A stretch of DNA of 24,000 bases from Thermoleophilia bacterium (GCA_020438485.1 JAGQUM010000063.1:14698-38697), one strand, 5' to 3'. Shown: positions 13,288 through 21,470, counted from the stretch's first letter. Notes: generated from the letters alone by a model not told the origin. Translations and numbers: made by a program.

Positions 13288-14469
13288 CTACATCATCTCC
13301 CACCACGCGGGCGCCGTCTCCCGACCCCGTTCGGGGTTGGGCGCGATGCGCTCGCGCAGCACGGGCAGGGCGCCCACGGCGTCGTCCAGATCGAGGCCCG
13401 TCACCTGCAGGAGCTCCACGATCGTTGAGCGCAGCTGGGCCAGGATGACTTCGTTCTCGAGCACCGCCGTGCGGGTGACGCGGGCCGTGCGGGCCGCCAC
13501 CCGGGCCATGGCGTCACGGGCTGCGGCCGGGGGCTCCCCGGTCTCGATCGCCTCCGCCACCAGGTCGGCGGCACCCGCGACGTCCTCGATCAGCACGGCG
13601 TACGACGGCGGCACGGGATGGTTGAAATACGCGGCCACCACGACACGGCGCGACAGCCACCGGGCGCTGCGCAGCGCCCGCTCGATGAAGACCACCACGT
13701 CCGACACCGCCGTCAGGTCGTCGCGGTGCCGTCGCCGGAACGGCGACGAGCGCAGCGCCGAGTGGCCCTCCTCGGCGGCGTCCACGAGGTCCCGCATGAT
13801 GGGATCGACCTCGCGGGCGTCGTCCAGTACGCGGGCGGCCGCCTCGATGTCGCCCGTCGCCGCGCCGGACGCCGTGCCCCGCAGGATGTCGGCGATGGTC
13901 CGCACGGCCTTCGCGGCGGCCCAGCGCGGCTCGCGCAAAGGCGCCTGCGGGATCACGGCGGCCGCCACCAGCGCCACGGCTCCGCCGATGACGGCGTCGG
14001 TCCAGCGCGTGAACGACCGTCCCGGGGTCGCGACCAGCACGGTCACGACGATGCTCTGGATGGCGGCCTGCGTCACGAGCAGGCCGCCCGTGTCGAGAAA
14101 CAGGGCGGCCGTCATCGACATGGCCACCACGGCGGCGATCTGCCAGGCGCCCGTGCCCACCTCGTGCACGAACAGGTCGCCCAGGAACACGCCGATCGCC
14201 ACCCCGACGGTCACCTCCGCGACCCGCCGGAAGCGCTGCACGTACGACGTGCCGAGGCAGACGACGGCAGCGATCGGCGCGAAGAACGGCTGGGGGTGGC
14301 CCAGGAGGTCGGCCGCGATCCACCACGCCAGGCCCGCCGCGATGGCCGCCTGCGCGACGTGCCACGACTTCGAGCGCACGCGGCCCACCCGGGCCCGCAC
14401 CGACAGCCGCCCCCGGCTCATCGCGCGGTCCACCATCTGGTACGCGGCCCTGCGGTCGGGGGTGGGCAT
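13288..14469 (-). CDS. FUSC / aromatic-acid-exporter-like integral membrane protein, 393 aa
   Basis: C-terminal part of ORF 13288..15858, starting at ATG 14469 (MPTPDRRAAYQMVDRAMSRGR...). The N-terminal half has several TM helices (AQAAIAAGLAWWIAADLL, FFAPIAAVVCLG, VTVGVAIGVFLGDLFV, WQIAAVVAMSMTAALFL...). The C-terminal half is a helical soluble domain. Its stop lies 3 nt before the deacetylase ATG. The start could instead be an internal ATG (MVDRAM or MSRGR). Confidence 0.75.
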   Translation of the reverse strand: MPTPDRRAAYQMVDRAMSRGRLSVRARVGRVRSKSWHVAQAAIAAGLAWWIAADLLGHPQPFFAPIAAVVCLGTSYVQRFRRVAEVTVGVAIGVFLGDLFVHEVGTGAWQIAAVVAMSMTAALFLDTGGLLVTQAAIQSIVVTVLVATPGRSFTRWTDAVIGGAVALVAAAVIPQAPLREPRWAAAKAVRTIADILRGTASGAATGDIEAAARVLDDAREVDPIMRDLVDAAEEGHSALRSSPFRRRHRDDLTAVSDVVVFIERALRSARWLSRRVVVAAYFNHPVPPSYAVLIEDVAGAADLVAEAIETGEPPAAARDAMARVAARTARVTRTAVLENEVILAQLRSTIVELLQVTGLDLDDAVGALPVLRERIAPNPERGRETAPAWWEMM

Positions 14470-14529
14470 CGGCACGCCCCGATGATCCCAGACCCCGCGG
14501 CCACGCGGCCGTGGGGGATACTGCCGCCC

Positions 14530-15645
14530 ATGGACGCCGCCCTCGCCCGCGTGCTGCGCCGGCGCCTCGCGACGCAGCGGCTCGCGGGCGCCCCGTTCGC
14601 CGCCCCCGCCGACGCGGTGCGGACGCTCGCCTGCGTTCAGGCGCAGGACGCACCCATGGCGGCGTACGGGCTGGCGCTGCGCTCGCGCGCCCGCGCGCGA
14701 GCGGGCGTTGACGCCGACCAGGCCCGCGGTGGGTTCGTGCGCACCCACATCCTGCGCCCCACGTGGCACCTGGTGGCGCCCGAGGACCTGCGGTGGATCC
14801 TGCGGCTGACGTCGCCGGCGGTGGAGCGGGGGATGGGGGCCCGCCACCGGCAGCTGGGCCTGGACGACCCCGCCGTCGTGACGGCAGCCCATCGCGCACT
14901 GGAGCGCCTGTTGGCGGGGCGGACGCCCATGACGCGGGGCGAGCTGACCGCTCACCTGGCCCCCGAGGGACCTCTGCGCGGCCAGCAGGCGGGGCACCTG
15001 CTCGCGCTCGCCGAGCTGCGCGGGCTGATCTGCTCGGGCCCCCCGCGCGGCGGGCAGCACACGTATGCGTTGGTCGACGAGACCGTCCCGGCGGGACCCG
15101 ACGACGACCCACCCCGCGAGGTGGCGGTCGCCCGCCTGGTGCACCGGTTCTTCGCGGGCCACGGGCCCGCCACCGACCGGGACATGGCTCGCTGGTGCAC
15201 ACTGGGTCTGCGCGAGATCCGCGCGGGCGTCGCCGACCTCGGCGACCGGCTGGCGAGCGTGACGGTGGGTGACGCGACGCTGCACATGGACCCGGACGCG
15301 AAGGCCCGCGCGCGGTCCGCGCCCGCGGCGCTGCTGCTGTCGACCTTCGACGAGGCGGCGCTGACATACCGCGACCATGGCTTCCCCCGGGCGTCGCCCG
15401 CCGTGGACCGCTCCCGCCTGATCGCCGAGCAGGGCGGGGGGGTCGTGATCGTGGGGCTGGAGGACGTCGGCACGTTCACCCGCACGGTCACCGGGGGCCG
15501 CGTGGACGTCACGATCCGCCAGGAGCGGCCGCTGGACGCGTCCGAGCGTGATGCGGTCGCCGGCGCGGCGGGACGACTGGCGGCGTTTCACGAGGCCGGG
15601 GCGGACGTGCGGTTCGCGGGACCCCGCGGAGACGGCGGGGGTTAG
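14530..15645 (+). CDS. Winged-helix DNA glycosylase of the AlkZ/YcaQ (HTH_42, DUF1006) family, 371 aa
   Basis: C-terminal part of ORF 13618..15645, starting at ATG 14530. The start [10 protein letters not shown]...ACVQAQD...[14 protein letters not shown]...RWIL is typical of this family. A Q-A-Q motif lies at 14638-14646. An alternative ATG at 14482 would leave only 12 nt to the divergent gene. Confidence 0.85.
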   Translation: MDAALARVLRRRLATQRLAGAPFAAPADAVRTLACVQAQDAPMAAYGLALRSRARARAGVDADQARGGFVRTHILRPTWHLVAPEDLRWILRLTSPAVERGMGARHRQLGLDDPAVVTAAHRALERLLAGRTPMTRGELTAHLAPEGPLRGQQAGHLLALAELRGLICSGPPRGGQHTYALVDETVPAGPDDDPPREVAVARLVHRFFAGHGPATDRDMARWCTLGLREIRAGVADLGDRLASVTVGDATLHMDPDAKARARSAPAALLLSTFDEAALTYRDHGFPRASPAVDRSRLIAEQGGGVVIVGLEDVGTFTRTVTGGRVDVTIRQERPLDASERDAVAGAAGRLAAFHEAGADVRFAGPRGDGGG

Positions 15646-16328
15646 CCGTCGTTTCTCGCCAGCTCCACCGCGCGGGCCAGCACGTCGTCGATCATCGGCT
15701 CGGTCAGCCTGCCCGTGAACGTGTTCTGCTGGCTGGGGTGGTAGCAGCCCAGGATCGCGAGGCCGGCGAGGCGGGCCTCGGCCCCATGTCCGAACCTCGG
15801 CCGCGGGCGGGGGATCTCGGTGCCCGCCGCGGCCAGCACTCGCAGCGCAGCGGTCCATGCGAGGCCGCCCAGGCAGACCACCACGCGCGGGCCTGTAAGG
15901 TGCACCTCACGCACCAGGAACGGCAGGCACGCGGCCTGCTCCGCGGGCGTGGGGGCGTTCTGGGGAGGGGCGCAGCGCACGGCCGCGGTCATGCGGCACC
16001 CGCGCAGCTCCAGACCGTCGCCGGCGCGGTCGGACGTGGGCTGGCTCGCCAGGCCCGCCCGGTGCATGGCGGCCACCAGGAAGTCGGCGCTGCGGTCGCC
16101 GGTGAACACCCGTCCCGTGCGGTTGGCGCCGTGGGCGGCCGGGGCCAGGCCCAGCACCATGACGGGCGCGCGGGGGTCGCCGAAGCCGGGCACGGGACGG
16201 CCCCAGTAGTCGTCGGCGGCGAACGCGCGGCGCTTCGTGGCCGCGACGTGCTCGCGCCACGCCACCAGGCGCGGGCACGCGCGGCACGCGACGATCTCGG
16301 CGTCGAGGCGCGCCAGGCCGTCGGTCAT
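15642..16328 (-). CDS. Uracil-DNA glycosylase, family 5 (UdgB-type, Fe-S), 228 aa
   Basis: CRACPRL Fe-S cysteines, the family-5 motif [21 protein letters not shown] (Ala where family 4 has Glu), and [16 protein letters not shown] 16328 overlaps the upstream stop (ATGA at 16325-16328). The stop overlaps the convergent glycosylase stop (15642-15645). Confidence 0.9.
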   Translation of the reverse strand: MTDGLARLDAEIVACRACPRLVAWREHVAATKRRAFAADDYWGRPVPGFGDPRAPVMVLGLAPAAHGANRTGRVFTGDRSADFLVAAMHRAGLASQPTSDRAGDGLELRGCRMTAAVRCAPPQNAPTPAEQAACLPFLVREVHLTGPRVVVCLGGLAWTAALRVLAAAGTEIPRPRPRFGHGAEARLAGLAILGCYHPSQQNTFTGRLTEPMIDDVLARAVELARNDG

Positions 16329-16969
16329 CGCAGGTGCTCGCCCAGGAACGCGACGGTCTCGTCGATGACGCGCGGGTCGTGCTGGAGGCTGCGGTGGTCT
16401 CCGCCCAGCACGACCCTGAGCCGCCGCGGCTGCGGCGTGACCTGGGCCAGCGCGAACGTGCCCTGCCACGGCACCGTCTCGTCGCCCCGGGCGTGCCAGT
16501 AGCCGCGCGCCACGCCGGGGCGCATGACGTTGTCGGCCAGCTCCGGGAGGTCGGGCAGATCGAACTCCGCCCGGCGCCGCAGCGTCTCGGCCTGTGCGGG
16601 GCACAGCGCCACGACGGCCCGCACCCGGCGGTGACGCTCGGCGGCCAGCACCGACAGGTAGCCCCCCATCGACGAGCCGCGCAGCCCCAGCGGGCCCGTG
16701 TGCCGCTGCGCCAGCCAGTCGAGCGCGGCGATCACGTCGTCGAGGGCGTTCTCGTCCAGCGTGCCGCCCGACTCGCCGTGGCCCCGCACGTCCAGGACCA
16801 GTGCCGCCATGCCGGCCCGCGACAGGGCCTCGGCGTAGTCGGCGTGATTCTCCTTGCGGCTCTGGTAGCCGGGCACCACCACCACGGCGGGGCGGCCCGG
16901 CGGGGCGGGGGTGTGGGACGCCACGAGGGGCGTCCCGTCGGGGGACGCGAAGCGCACGGTCTGGGGCAT
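16325..16969 (-). CDS. Alpha/beta hydrolase fold protein, 214 aa
   Basis: Nucleophile elbow GSSMGG and the HG-type motif [10 protein letters not shown] are present, with a C-terminal GDH consistent with a catalytic His. I prefer ATG 16969 ([12 protein letters not shown]...). The ORF-track start at 17005 is a TTG with no better ribosome-binding site. Confidence 0.8.
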   Translation of the reverse strand: MPQTVRFASPDGTPLVASHTPAPPGRPAVVVVPGYQSRKENHADYAEALSRAGMAALVLDVRGHGESGGTLDENALDDVIAALDWLAQRHTGPLGLRGSSMGGYLSVLAAERHRRVRAVVALCPAQAETLRRRAEFDLPDLPELADNVMRPGVARGYWHARGDETVPWQGTFALAQVTPQPRRLRVVLGGDHRSLQHDPRVIDETVAFLGEHLR

Positions 16970-17043
16970 CGGCGAAGCCTGGCGGATCCACGCCGCCCGC
17001 GGCAAGGGGCCGTGGTGGCGCGGGCTTGCTAGCGTCGCCCGTC

Positions 17044-18348
17044 GTGCTGTCCGACCTGCAGTCCGTTCTGCCGCCCTCCGCGCGGGTCAACGCCCGCGGC
17101 CACCTGGAGATCGGCGGCTGTGATGCGGTGGATCTGGCCGCCGAGCACGGCACGCCGCTGGTGGTGTACGACGCGGCCTCCATCCGCGACCAGGCCCGCG
17201 CGTTCCGCGACGCGCTGGCCGCCACCGGCGTGGGCGGCGAGGTGGTCTATGCGAGCAAGGCCTACTTCGGGCGCGCGGCGCTCGCCCTCATCGCGGCCGA
17301 GGGGCTGGCGGTAGACGTGGCGTCGGGCGGCGAGCTGGCGGCGGCCCTCCGGGCGGGCGTGCCCGCCGAGCGCGTCCACGTGCACGGCAACAACAAGGGG
17401 CCCGAGGAGATCGCCGCGGCGCTCGACGCGGGCGTCGGCACCGTGGTGGTCGACAACCATCACGAGCTGGACGAGCTTGAACGCCAGTGCTCGGGGCGGG
17501 GGCACACGCAGGACATCCTCCTGCGCATCACGCCGGGCGTGCAGGCCGAAACGCACCACCGCATCGCCACCGGGCAGGTCGACTCGAAGTTCGGGTTCCC
17601 GCTGGCCCAGGGCGCGGCCCACGCTGCCGTGCGCCACGCGCGCGAGACCCCGCACCTGCGCCTGCGCGGCCTGCACGTGCACCTGGGTTCGCAACTGATG
17701 GACCTGGACGTGTTCCCCGCCGCCGCCGACGTGATGGCCCGGTTCGTCGCCGAGGTGGGGCCCGACGGCCTCGACGTGATGGACATGGGGGGCGGCCTCG
17801 GCATCGCGTACACCCCCGACCGTCGTCCGCCGTCGCCGGGGACGTTCGTCGACGTGGTCGCGGGGGCGGTGGTGGACGCGTGGACGGCCCGCGGCCTGCC
17901 CGTCCCGCGGGTCACCATCGAGCCCGGCCGCGCCATCGTGGGGCGCGCGGGGGTGCACCTCTACCGGGTGGGCGCCATCAAGGACGTCCCGGGCGTGCGC
18001 ACGTACGCGGCCGTCGACGGGGGCATGAGCGACCTGCTGCGGCCCATGCTCTACGACGCCGTCTACTCGCCGCTGGTGGCCGGCCGGGCCGACGCCGAGG
18101 CCACGGCTCACTACCGGCTGGTGGGAAAGCACTGCGAGACCGGCGACGTGCTGGTTGACGACGCGCACCTGCCGCAGCTGGAGCGGGGCGACCTGGTGTG
18201 CATGCCCGCGACCGGCGCGTACGGGGTGTCGATGGCGTCCAACTACAATGGCCAGCCGCGACCCGCCGTCGTGTTCGCCGAGGACGGGCGGGCACGCCTG
18301 GTGACCCGCCGCGAGACGCTGGACGACGTGTTCGCCCGCGAGCTGTAG
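17044..18348 (+). CDS. lysA: Diaminopimelate decarboxylase, 434 aa
   Basis: C-terminal part of ORF 16594..18348. It shows YASKAY (PLP lysine region), [28 protein letters not shown] and PATGAYG. The start is either GTG 17044 or TTG 17026. Confidence 0.95.
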   Translation: MLSDLQSVLPPSARVNARGHLEIGGCDAVDLAAEHGTPLVVYDAASIRDQARAFRDALAATGVGGEVVYASKAYFGRAALALIAAEGLAVDVASGGELAAALRAGVPAERVHVHGNNKGPEEIAAALDAGVGTVVVDNHHELDELERQCSGRGHTQDILLRITPGVQAETHHRIATGQVDSKFGFPLAQGAAHAAVRHARETPHLRLRGLHVHLGSQLMDLDVFPAAADVMARFVAEVGPDGLDVMDMGGGLGIAYTPDRRPPSPGTFVDVVAGAVVDAWTARGLPVPRVTIEPGRAIVGRAGVHLYRVGAIKDVPGVRTYAAVDGGMSDLLRPMLYDAVYSPLVAGRADAEATAHYRLVGKHCETGDVLVDDAHLPQLERGDLVCMPATGAYGVSMASNYNGQPRPAVVFAEDGRARLVTRRETLDDVFAREL

Positions 18349-18402
18349 GCGCGCGGTAAGCTCGGCCGATGACGCACGCCGCCACCACCCCGGGACCGCC
18401 GC

Positions 18403-19329
18403 GTGGCTGAGAGCCTGGTCGTCAGCGCCCCGGCGACGTCCGCCAACATGGGGCCCGGGTTCGACGTGATGGCCGTCGCGCTGGACCTCTCCAACGCCGT
18501 CGTGATCACCCGCCGCCCCGGCCCGCTGGTCGTGCGCGTCACCGGCGAGGGCGCGGGCGATCTCCCCGAGGACGGGTCGAACCTGGTGTGCACGGCCCTG
18601 GCGCAGGGCCTGGGTGACCTGGACGGCCTCGACATCGAGTGCCGCAACCGCATCCCGCTTGGCCGCGGCCTGGGATCGTCGGCGGCCACGGTGTGCGCCG
18701 GCCTCGTGGCGGCGAACGCGTTGGGGGGGCTGCGCTGGGCGCCGTCCGACATCCTGGCCCGCGCCGCCGCGCTCGAGGGGCACGCGGACAACGCCGCCGC
18801 CTGCCTGGAGGGCGGCGTCGTGGTGGTGTGCGAGGGGCCCGAGGCCCTCCGCCTGGCCGTCAACGAGAACCTGGCGTTCGTCGCGGTCATCCCCGAGAGC
18901 ACGGTGTCGACCGACGCGGCCCGCAGGGCCCTGCCCGACGCGGTGCCCATGGCCGACGCCACGTTCAACATCGGCGCCGCCGCCGCCCTGGTCCACACCC
19001 TCACGCAGGGGCGCCTGGACGAGATCGGCCCCCGGCTGGCCGACCGCCTGCACGAGCCGTACCGCGAGTCGCAGGTACCCGGCCTGGCCGACCTGCGCGC
19101 CATGGCCGACGGCGATCGCGTCCTGGGCGCCACCATCTCGGGCAGCGGCCCCAGCAGCCTGGTGTGGTGCGCGGCCGACGCGCTCGGCGAGGTGGAGGCC
19201 GAGGTCGCCGGGATGCTCGGTGAGAGGGGCATCCCGGCGCGCGCACGCGCGTCGCGCATCAGCCCGACGGGCGTCCGGGCGCGCTGGACGACGGCGGACT
19301 CCACCCGGCTGGAACGCTCCATCGGGTGA
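18403..19329 (+). CDS. thrB: Homoserine kinase, 308 aa
   Basis: SAPATSANMGPGFDV and the GHMP kinase motif PLGRGLGSSAA, followed by EGHADNAAACLEGG. GTG start. Confidence 0.95.
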   Translation: MAESLVVSAPATSANMGPGFDVMAVALDLSNAVVITRRPGPLVVRVTGEGAGDLPEDGSNLVCTALAQGLGDLDGLDIECRNRIPLGRGLGSSAATVCAGLVAANALGGLRWAPSDILARAAALEGHADNAAACLEGGVVVVCEGPEALRLAVNENLAFVAVIPESTVSTDAARRALPDAVPMADATFNIGAAAALVHTLTQGRLDEIGPRLADRLHEPYRESQVPGLADLRAMADGDRVLGATISGSGPSSLVWCAADALGEVEAEVAGMLGERGIPARARASRISPTGVRARWTTADSTRLERSIG

Positions 19330-19333
19330 CGCG

Positions 19334-20230
19334 GTGAGCCTGGCCGATCCGCTCGCCGGGCTCCCCGACGCCGAGGTCGTGTGGCGTCACGCGGGCGGCG
19401 CGATCGACTGCCGGCGGGGGCGCCTGGTGGGCATCGTCAACGCCACACCCGACTCGTTCACCGACGAGGGGCGGCACTTCGGCACCGGGGCGTCCGTCGC
19501 GCACGGGCGCGAGCTGGCCGCCGCCGGCGCGAGCATCGTGGAGGTGGGCGGCGAGTCGCTGCGGTTCTCCGCGCCCACGCCGCCGGGGGAGGAGATCCGC
19601 CGCGTCGTGCCGGTGATCGAGCGCCTGTCGGCCGAGCTGGATGTTCCGGTGGCGGTCGACACGTTCAAGCCGGCCGTGGCCCGGGCGGCCATCGCGGCCG
19701 GCGCCGTCGTCCTCAACGACCCGACGGGCCTGCGCGACCCCGCCATGGCCGAGGCCGCGGCAGAGGGCGGCGTGGGGGTGGTGCTGACCCACTTCTTCGG
19801 CGAGCCCAAGGTGCGGCCCGCGAGCTTCCCCGAGGTGGATGTGCCGGACGCCGTCGTGGAGTGGGGTGCGCGGGCGCTGGAGGCCGCCGCCGCCGCGGGG
19901 ATCGGCCGGGAACGCGTCGTGATCGACCCGGGCGTCGGCCTGGGCAAGTCACCCGCCCAGGACCTCGACCTCCTGCACCGCATCGACGAGGTTCGTGCGC
20001 TGGGGCGCCCCGTGTTCGTGCCCATATCGCACAAGAAGGTGCTGGGGTCGGTGACGGGGCTGGCGGCGGCCGACCGCCTGGCGCCCACCACCGCGGGCAT
20101 GGTGTGGTGCCGCATCCGCGGGGCGTCGGTCTTCCGGGTACACGACGTGGGGTTCCTGCGCCACGCGCTGACGGCGGCCGAGGCCATGCTGGCCGGCGAC
20201 ACGCCGCGGTGGCACTTCGTCATCAAGTAG
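19334..20230 (+). CDS. folP: Dihydropteroate synthase family protein, divergent paralogue (FolP2-like), 298 aa
   Basis: C-terminal part of ORF 18614..20230, with GTG 19334 four nt after the thrB stop. Pterin-binding motifs are conserved (VNATPDSF, VDTFKP, LNDPTG, IDPGVGLGK, FRVHDV). Loop 2 reads GGESLRFSAP rather than the canonical GGESTRPG, SRK is SHK, and GFGK is GLGK. Confidence 0.85.
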   Translation: MSLADPLAGLPDAEVVWRHAGGAIDCRRGRLVGIVNATPDSFTDEGRHFGTGASVAHGRELAAAGASIVEVGGESLRFSAPTPPGEEIRRVVPVIERLSAELDVPVAVDTFKPAVARAAIAAGAVVLNDPTGLRDPAMAEAAAEGGVGVVLTHFFGEPKVRPASFPEVDVPDAVVEWGARALEAAAAAGIGRERVVIDPGVGLGKSPAQDLDLLHRIDEVRALGRPVFVPISHKKVLGSVTGLAAADRLAPTTAGMVWCRIRGASVFRVHDVGFLRHALTAAEAMLAGDTPRWHFVIK

Positions 20231-20269
20231 ACCTCGGCGGTCCGGTCGCCCGCCTTCCGATCCGTGACC

Positions 20270-20302
20270 GTGTGGAGGGCCGCCCCACCCGGCCCTCCAC
20301 AC
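20270..20302 (+). terminator. Perfect 12-bp hairpin downstream of folP-like gene
   Basis: gtgtggagggcc (20270-20281) pairs perfectly with ggccctccacac (20291-20302) around a 9-nt loop. It lies 40 nt after the stop at 20230. There is no U-tract. Confidence 0.5.
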
Positions 20303-20329
20303 GCCGTGCGCCCGCGTTGCCGTCGCCTC

Positions 20330-20473
20330 ATGCGCCGTACCCGCCGTCTGATCGCCGCGGCGCTCGTCGCCGTCGTCGCCGCGGCGTCGGCGTGGCGCCC
20401 CACGCGCGACGGGGTGCTTCACCTCGACACGCTGCCCCGGGCGGTGCCACATCGTGCGCGTCACGGCGGCTGA
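20330..20473 (+). CDS. Possible small membrane-anchored peptide, 47 aa (hypothetical)
   Basis: An internal ATG of ORF 20264..20473, downstream of the hairpin. The product is MRRTRRLIAAALVAVVAAASAW..., a basic N-terminus followed by a hydrophobic helix. The frame is GC3-rich and is followed by a hairpin plus TTT. There is no visible Shine-Dalgarno sequence and I recognise no family. Confidence 0.25.
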   Translation: MRRTRRLIAAALVAVVAAASAWRPTRDGVLHLDTLPRAVPHRARHGG

Positions 20474-20475
20474 CG

Positions 20476-20503
20476 CCCGCGGCAACAACGCTCGCGGGGG
20501 TTT
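20476..20503 (+). terminator. 6-bp hairpin followed by GGTTT
   Basis: cccgcg (20476-20481) pairs with cgcggg (20493-20498) around an 11-nt loop, followed by ggttt. The T-run is on the + strand, so this would terminate a + strand transcript. Confidence 0.3.
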
Positions 20504-20508
20504 CCCGT

Positions 20509-20536
20509 CGCCGTCAGATGAGCGCCGTCAGATGAG
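20509..20536. repeat. Perfect 14-bp tandem duplication (cgccgtcagatgag x2)
   Basis: Read directly from the sequence: 20509-20522 is identical to 20523-20536. The second copy contains the stop codon (tca, 20528-20530) and the last codons of the DUF1345 gene. Confidence 0.9.
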
Positions 20537-21178
20537 CCCGGCCACCACGTTGATGGTGGCGGCGATGATCGCGGCGCCGAACAGGTACGAAAGCAGGGCC
20601 TGGCACAGCACGACGCGGCGGACCACACGGCTCGTGATGTCGGTGTCGGCCACCTGATACGTCATGCCGACGCCGAACGCCACGTACGCGAAGTCGCGGA
20701 AGTCGGGGGCGTCGCCGCGGTCGCCCGGGTGGGGGAAATCGATGCCTCCGGGGGGATCGGCGGAGTAGTAGAGATCGGCGTAGTGAAGGGTGTAGAGCGA
20801 GTGGACGAGCGCCCACGACAGGACGATGGTGAGCACGGCCCCGGCACGCAGCAGTGCGGCGTCCCACCCGCTCACGAGGCCGGCGCGGTGCATGCCCGCG
20901 ACGACGGCGACGAGGCTGACCACGCAGGCCACCAGCACCACGCCGCGGGTGACGGCCCGGCTGTCGTCGTCCACCCGTGCGTACTCCGCTGTCCCGGCGG
21001 CGTCCGCCCGCCCGGCCGCGGGCCAGATCAACCCCACCTGGCCTCCCGCGCACGCGACCCAGCCCCCCATGACGGCCAGCTCCCACGGGCCCCGCACCCA
21101 CACCGCCGCGCCGACCGCCACGCCCAGCACGACGCACGCGGACGTCCGCGCACGCGCGGTCATGTGCAGCACGCTCAC
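20528..21178 (-). CDS. DUF1345 family integral membrane protein, 216 aa
   Basis: Part of ORF 20528..21466. The C-terminal half LSWALVHSLYTLHYADLYYS...DFRDFAYVAFGVGMTYQVADTDI...LCQALLSYLFGAAIIAATINVVAGLI matches my memory of DUF1345. GTG 21178 overlaps the TGA of the upstream small ORF (GTGA at 21175-21178). ATG 21163 is an alternative start. Confidence 0.8.
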   Translation of the reverse strand: MSVLHMTARARTSACVVLGVAVGAAVWVRGPWELAVMGGWVACAGGQVGLIWPAAGRADAAGTAEYARVDDDSRAVTRGVVLVACVVSLVAVVAGMHRAGLVSGWDAALLRAGAVLTIVLSWALVHSLYTLHYADLYYSADPPGGIDFPHPGDRGDAPDFRDFAYVAFGVGMTYQVADTDITSRVVRRVVLCQALLSYLFGAAIIAATINVVAGLI

Positions 21179-21357
21179 GCGCTCGCCTCCCCGGGAGCGT
21201 GCGCGTCGTCCGCCACGTCGGGCACCGGGGGGTGGTCGGAGTCGAGGTCGCACGCGGCCACGGCACCGCCCTTGCGGTGCATCCAGACGCCGTCGCCCAG
21301 GCGGCGCAAGGGCAGGCCGCACTCGCGGCAGCGAACGTCGTACGGATCGCTTCCCAT
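21175..21357 (-). CDS. Small Cys/His-containing protein (possible zinc ribbon), 60 aa
   Basis: Tail of ORF 21175..22170, from ATG 21357: MGSDPYDVRCRECGLPLRRLGDGVWMHRKGGAVAACDLDSDHPPVPDVADDAHAPGEASA. It has a CxxC plus distal H/C/H residues. The frame is GC3-rich and its stop is coupled to the DUF1345 start. Confidence 0.55.
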   Translation of the reverse strand: MGSDPYDVRCRECGLPLRRLGDGVWMHRKGGAVAACDLDSDHPPVPDVADDAHAPGEASA

Positions 21358-21470
21358 GGCGGCGATGGTACGCCCATGGGGGTCGGTCGTCTGCCCGGAA
21401 CGCGTGCCCGGGCCTGGTAGCCTCGGCCGCAGGCCGCGGGCAACCGCGGCGACACCGCTCCCACACCCCC

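Noticed and set aside
17006-17043. Lysine riboswitch upstream of lysA.
   Set aside because: The spacer to the divergent hydrolase gene is only about 40-75 nt. That is far too short for an L-box.
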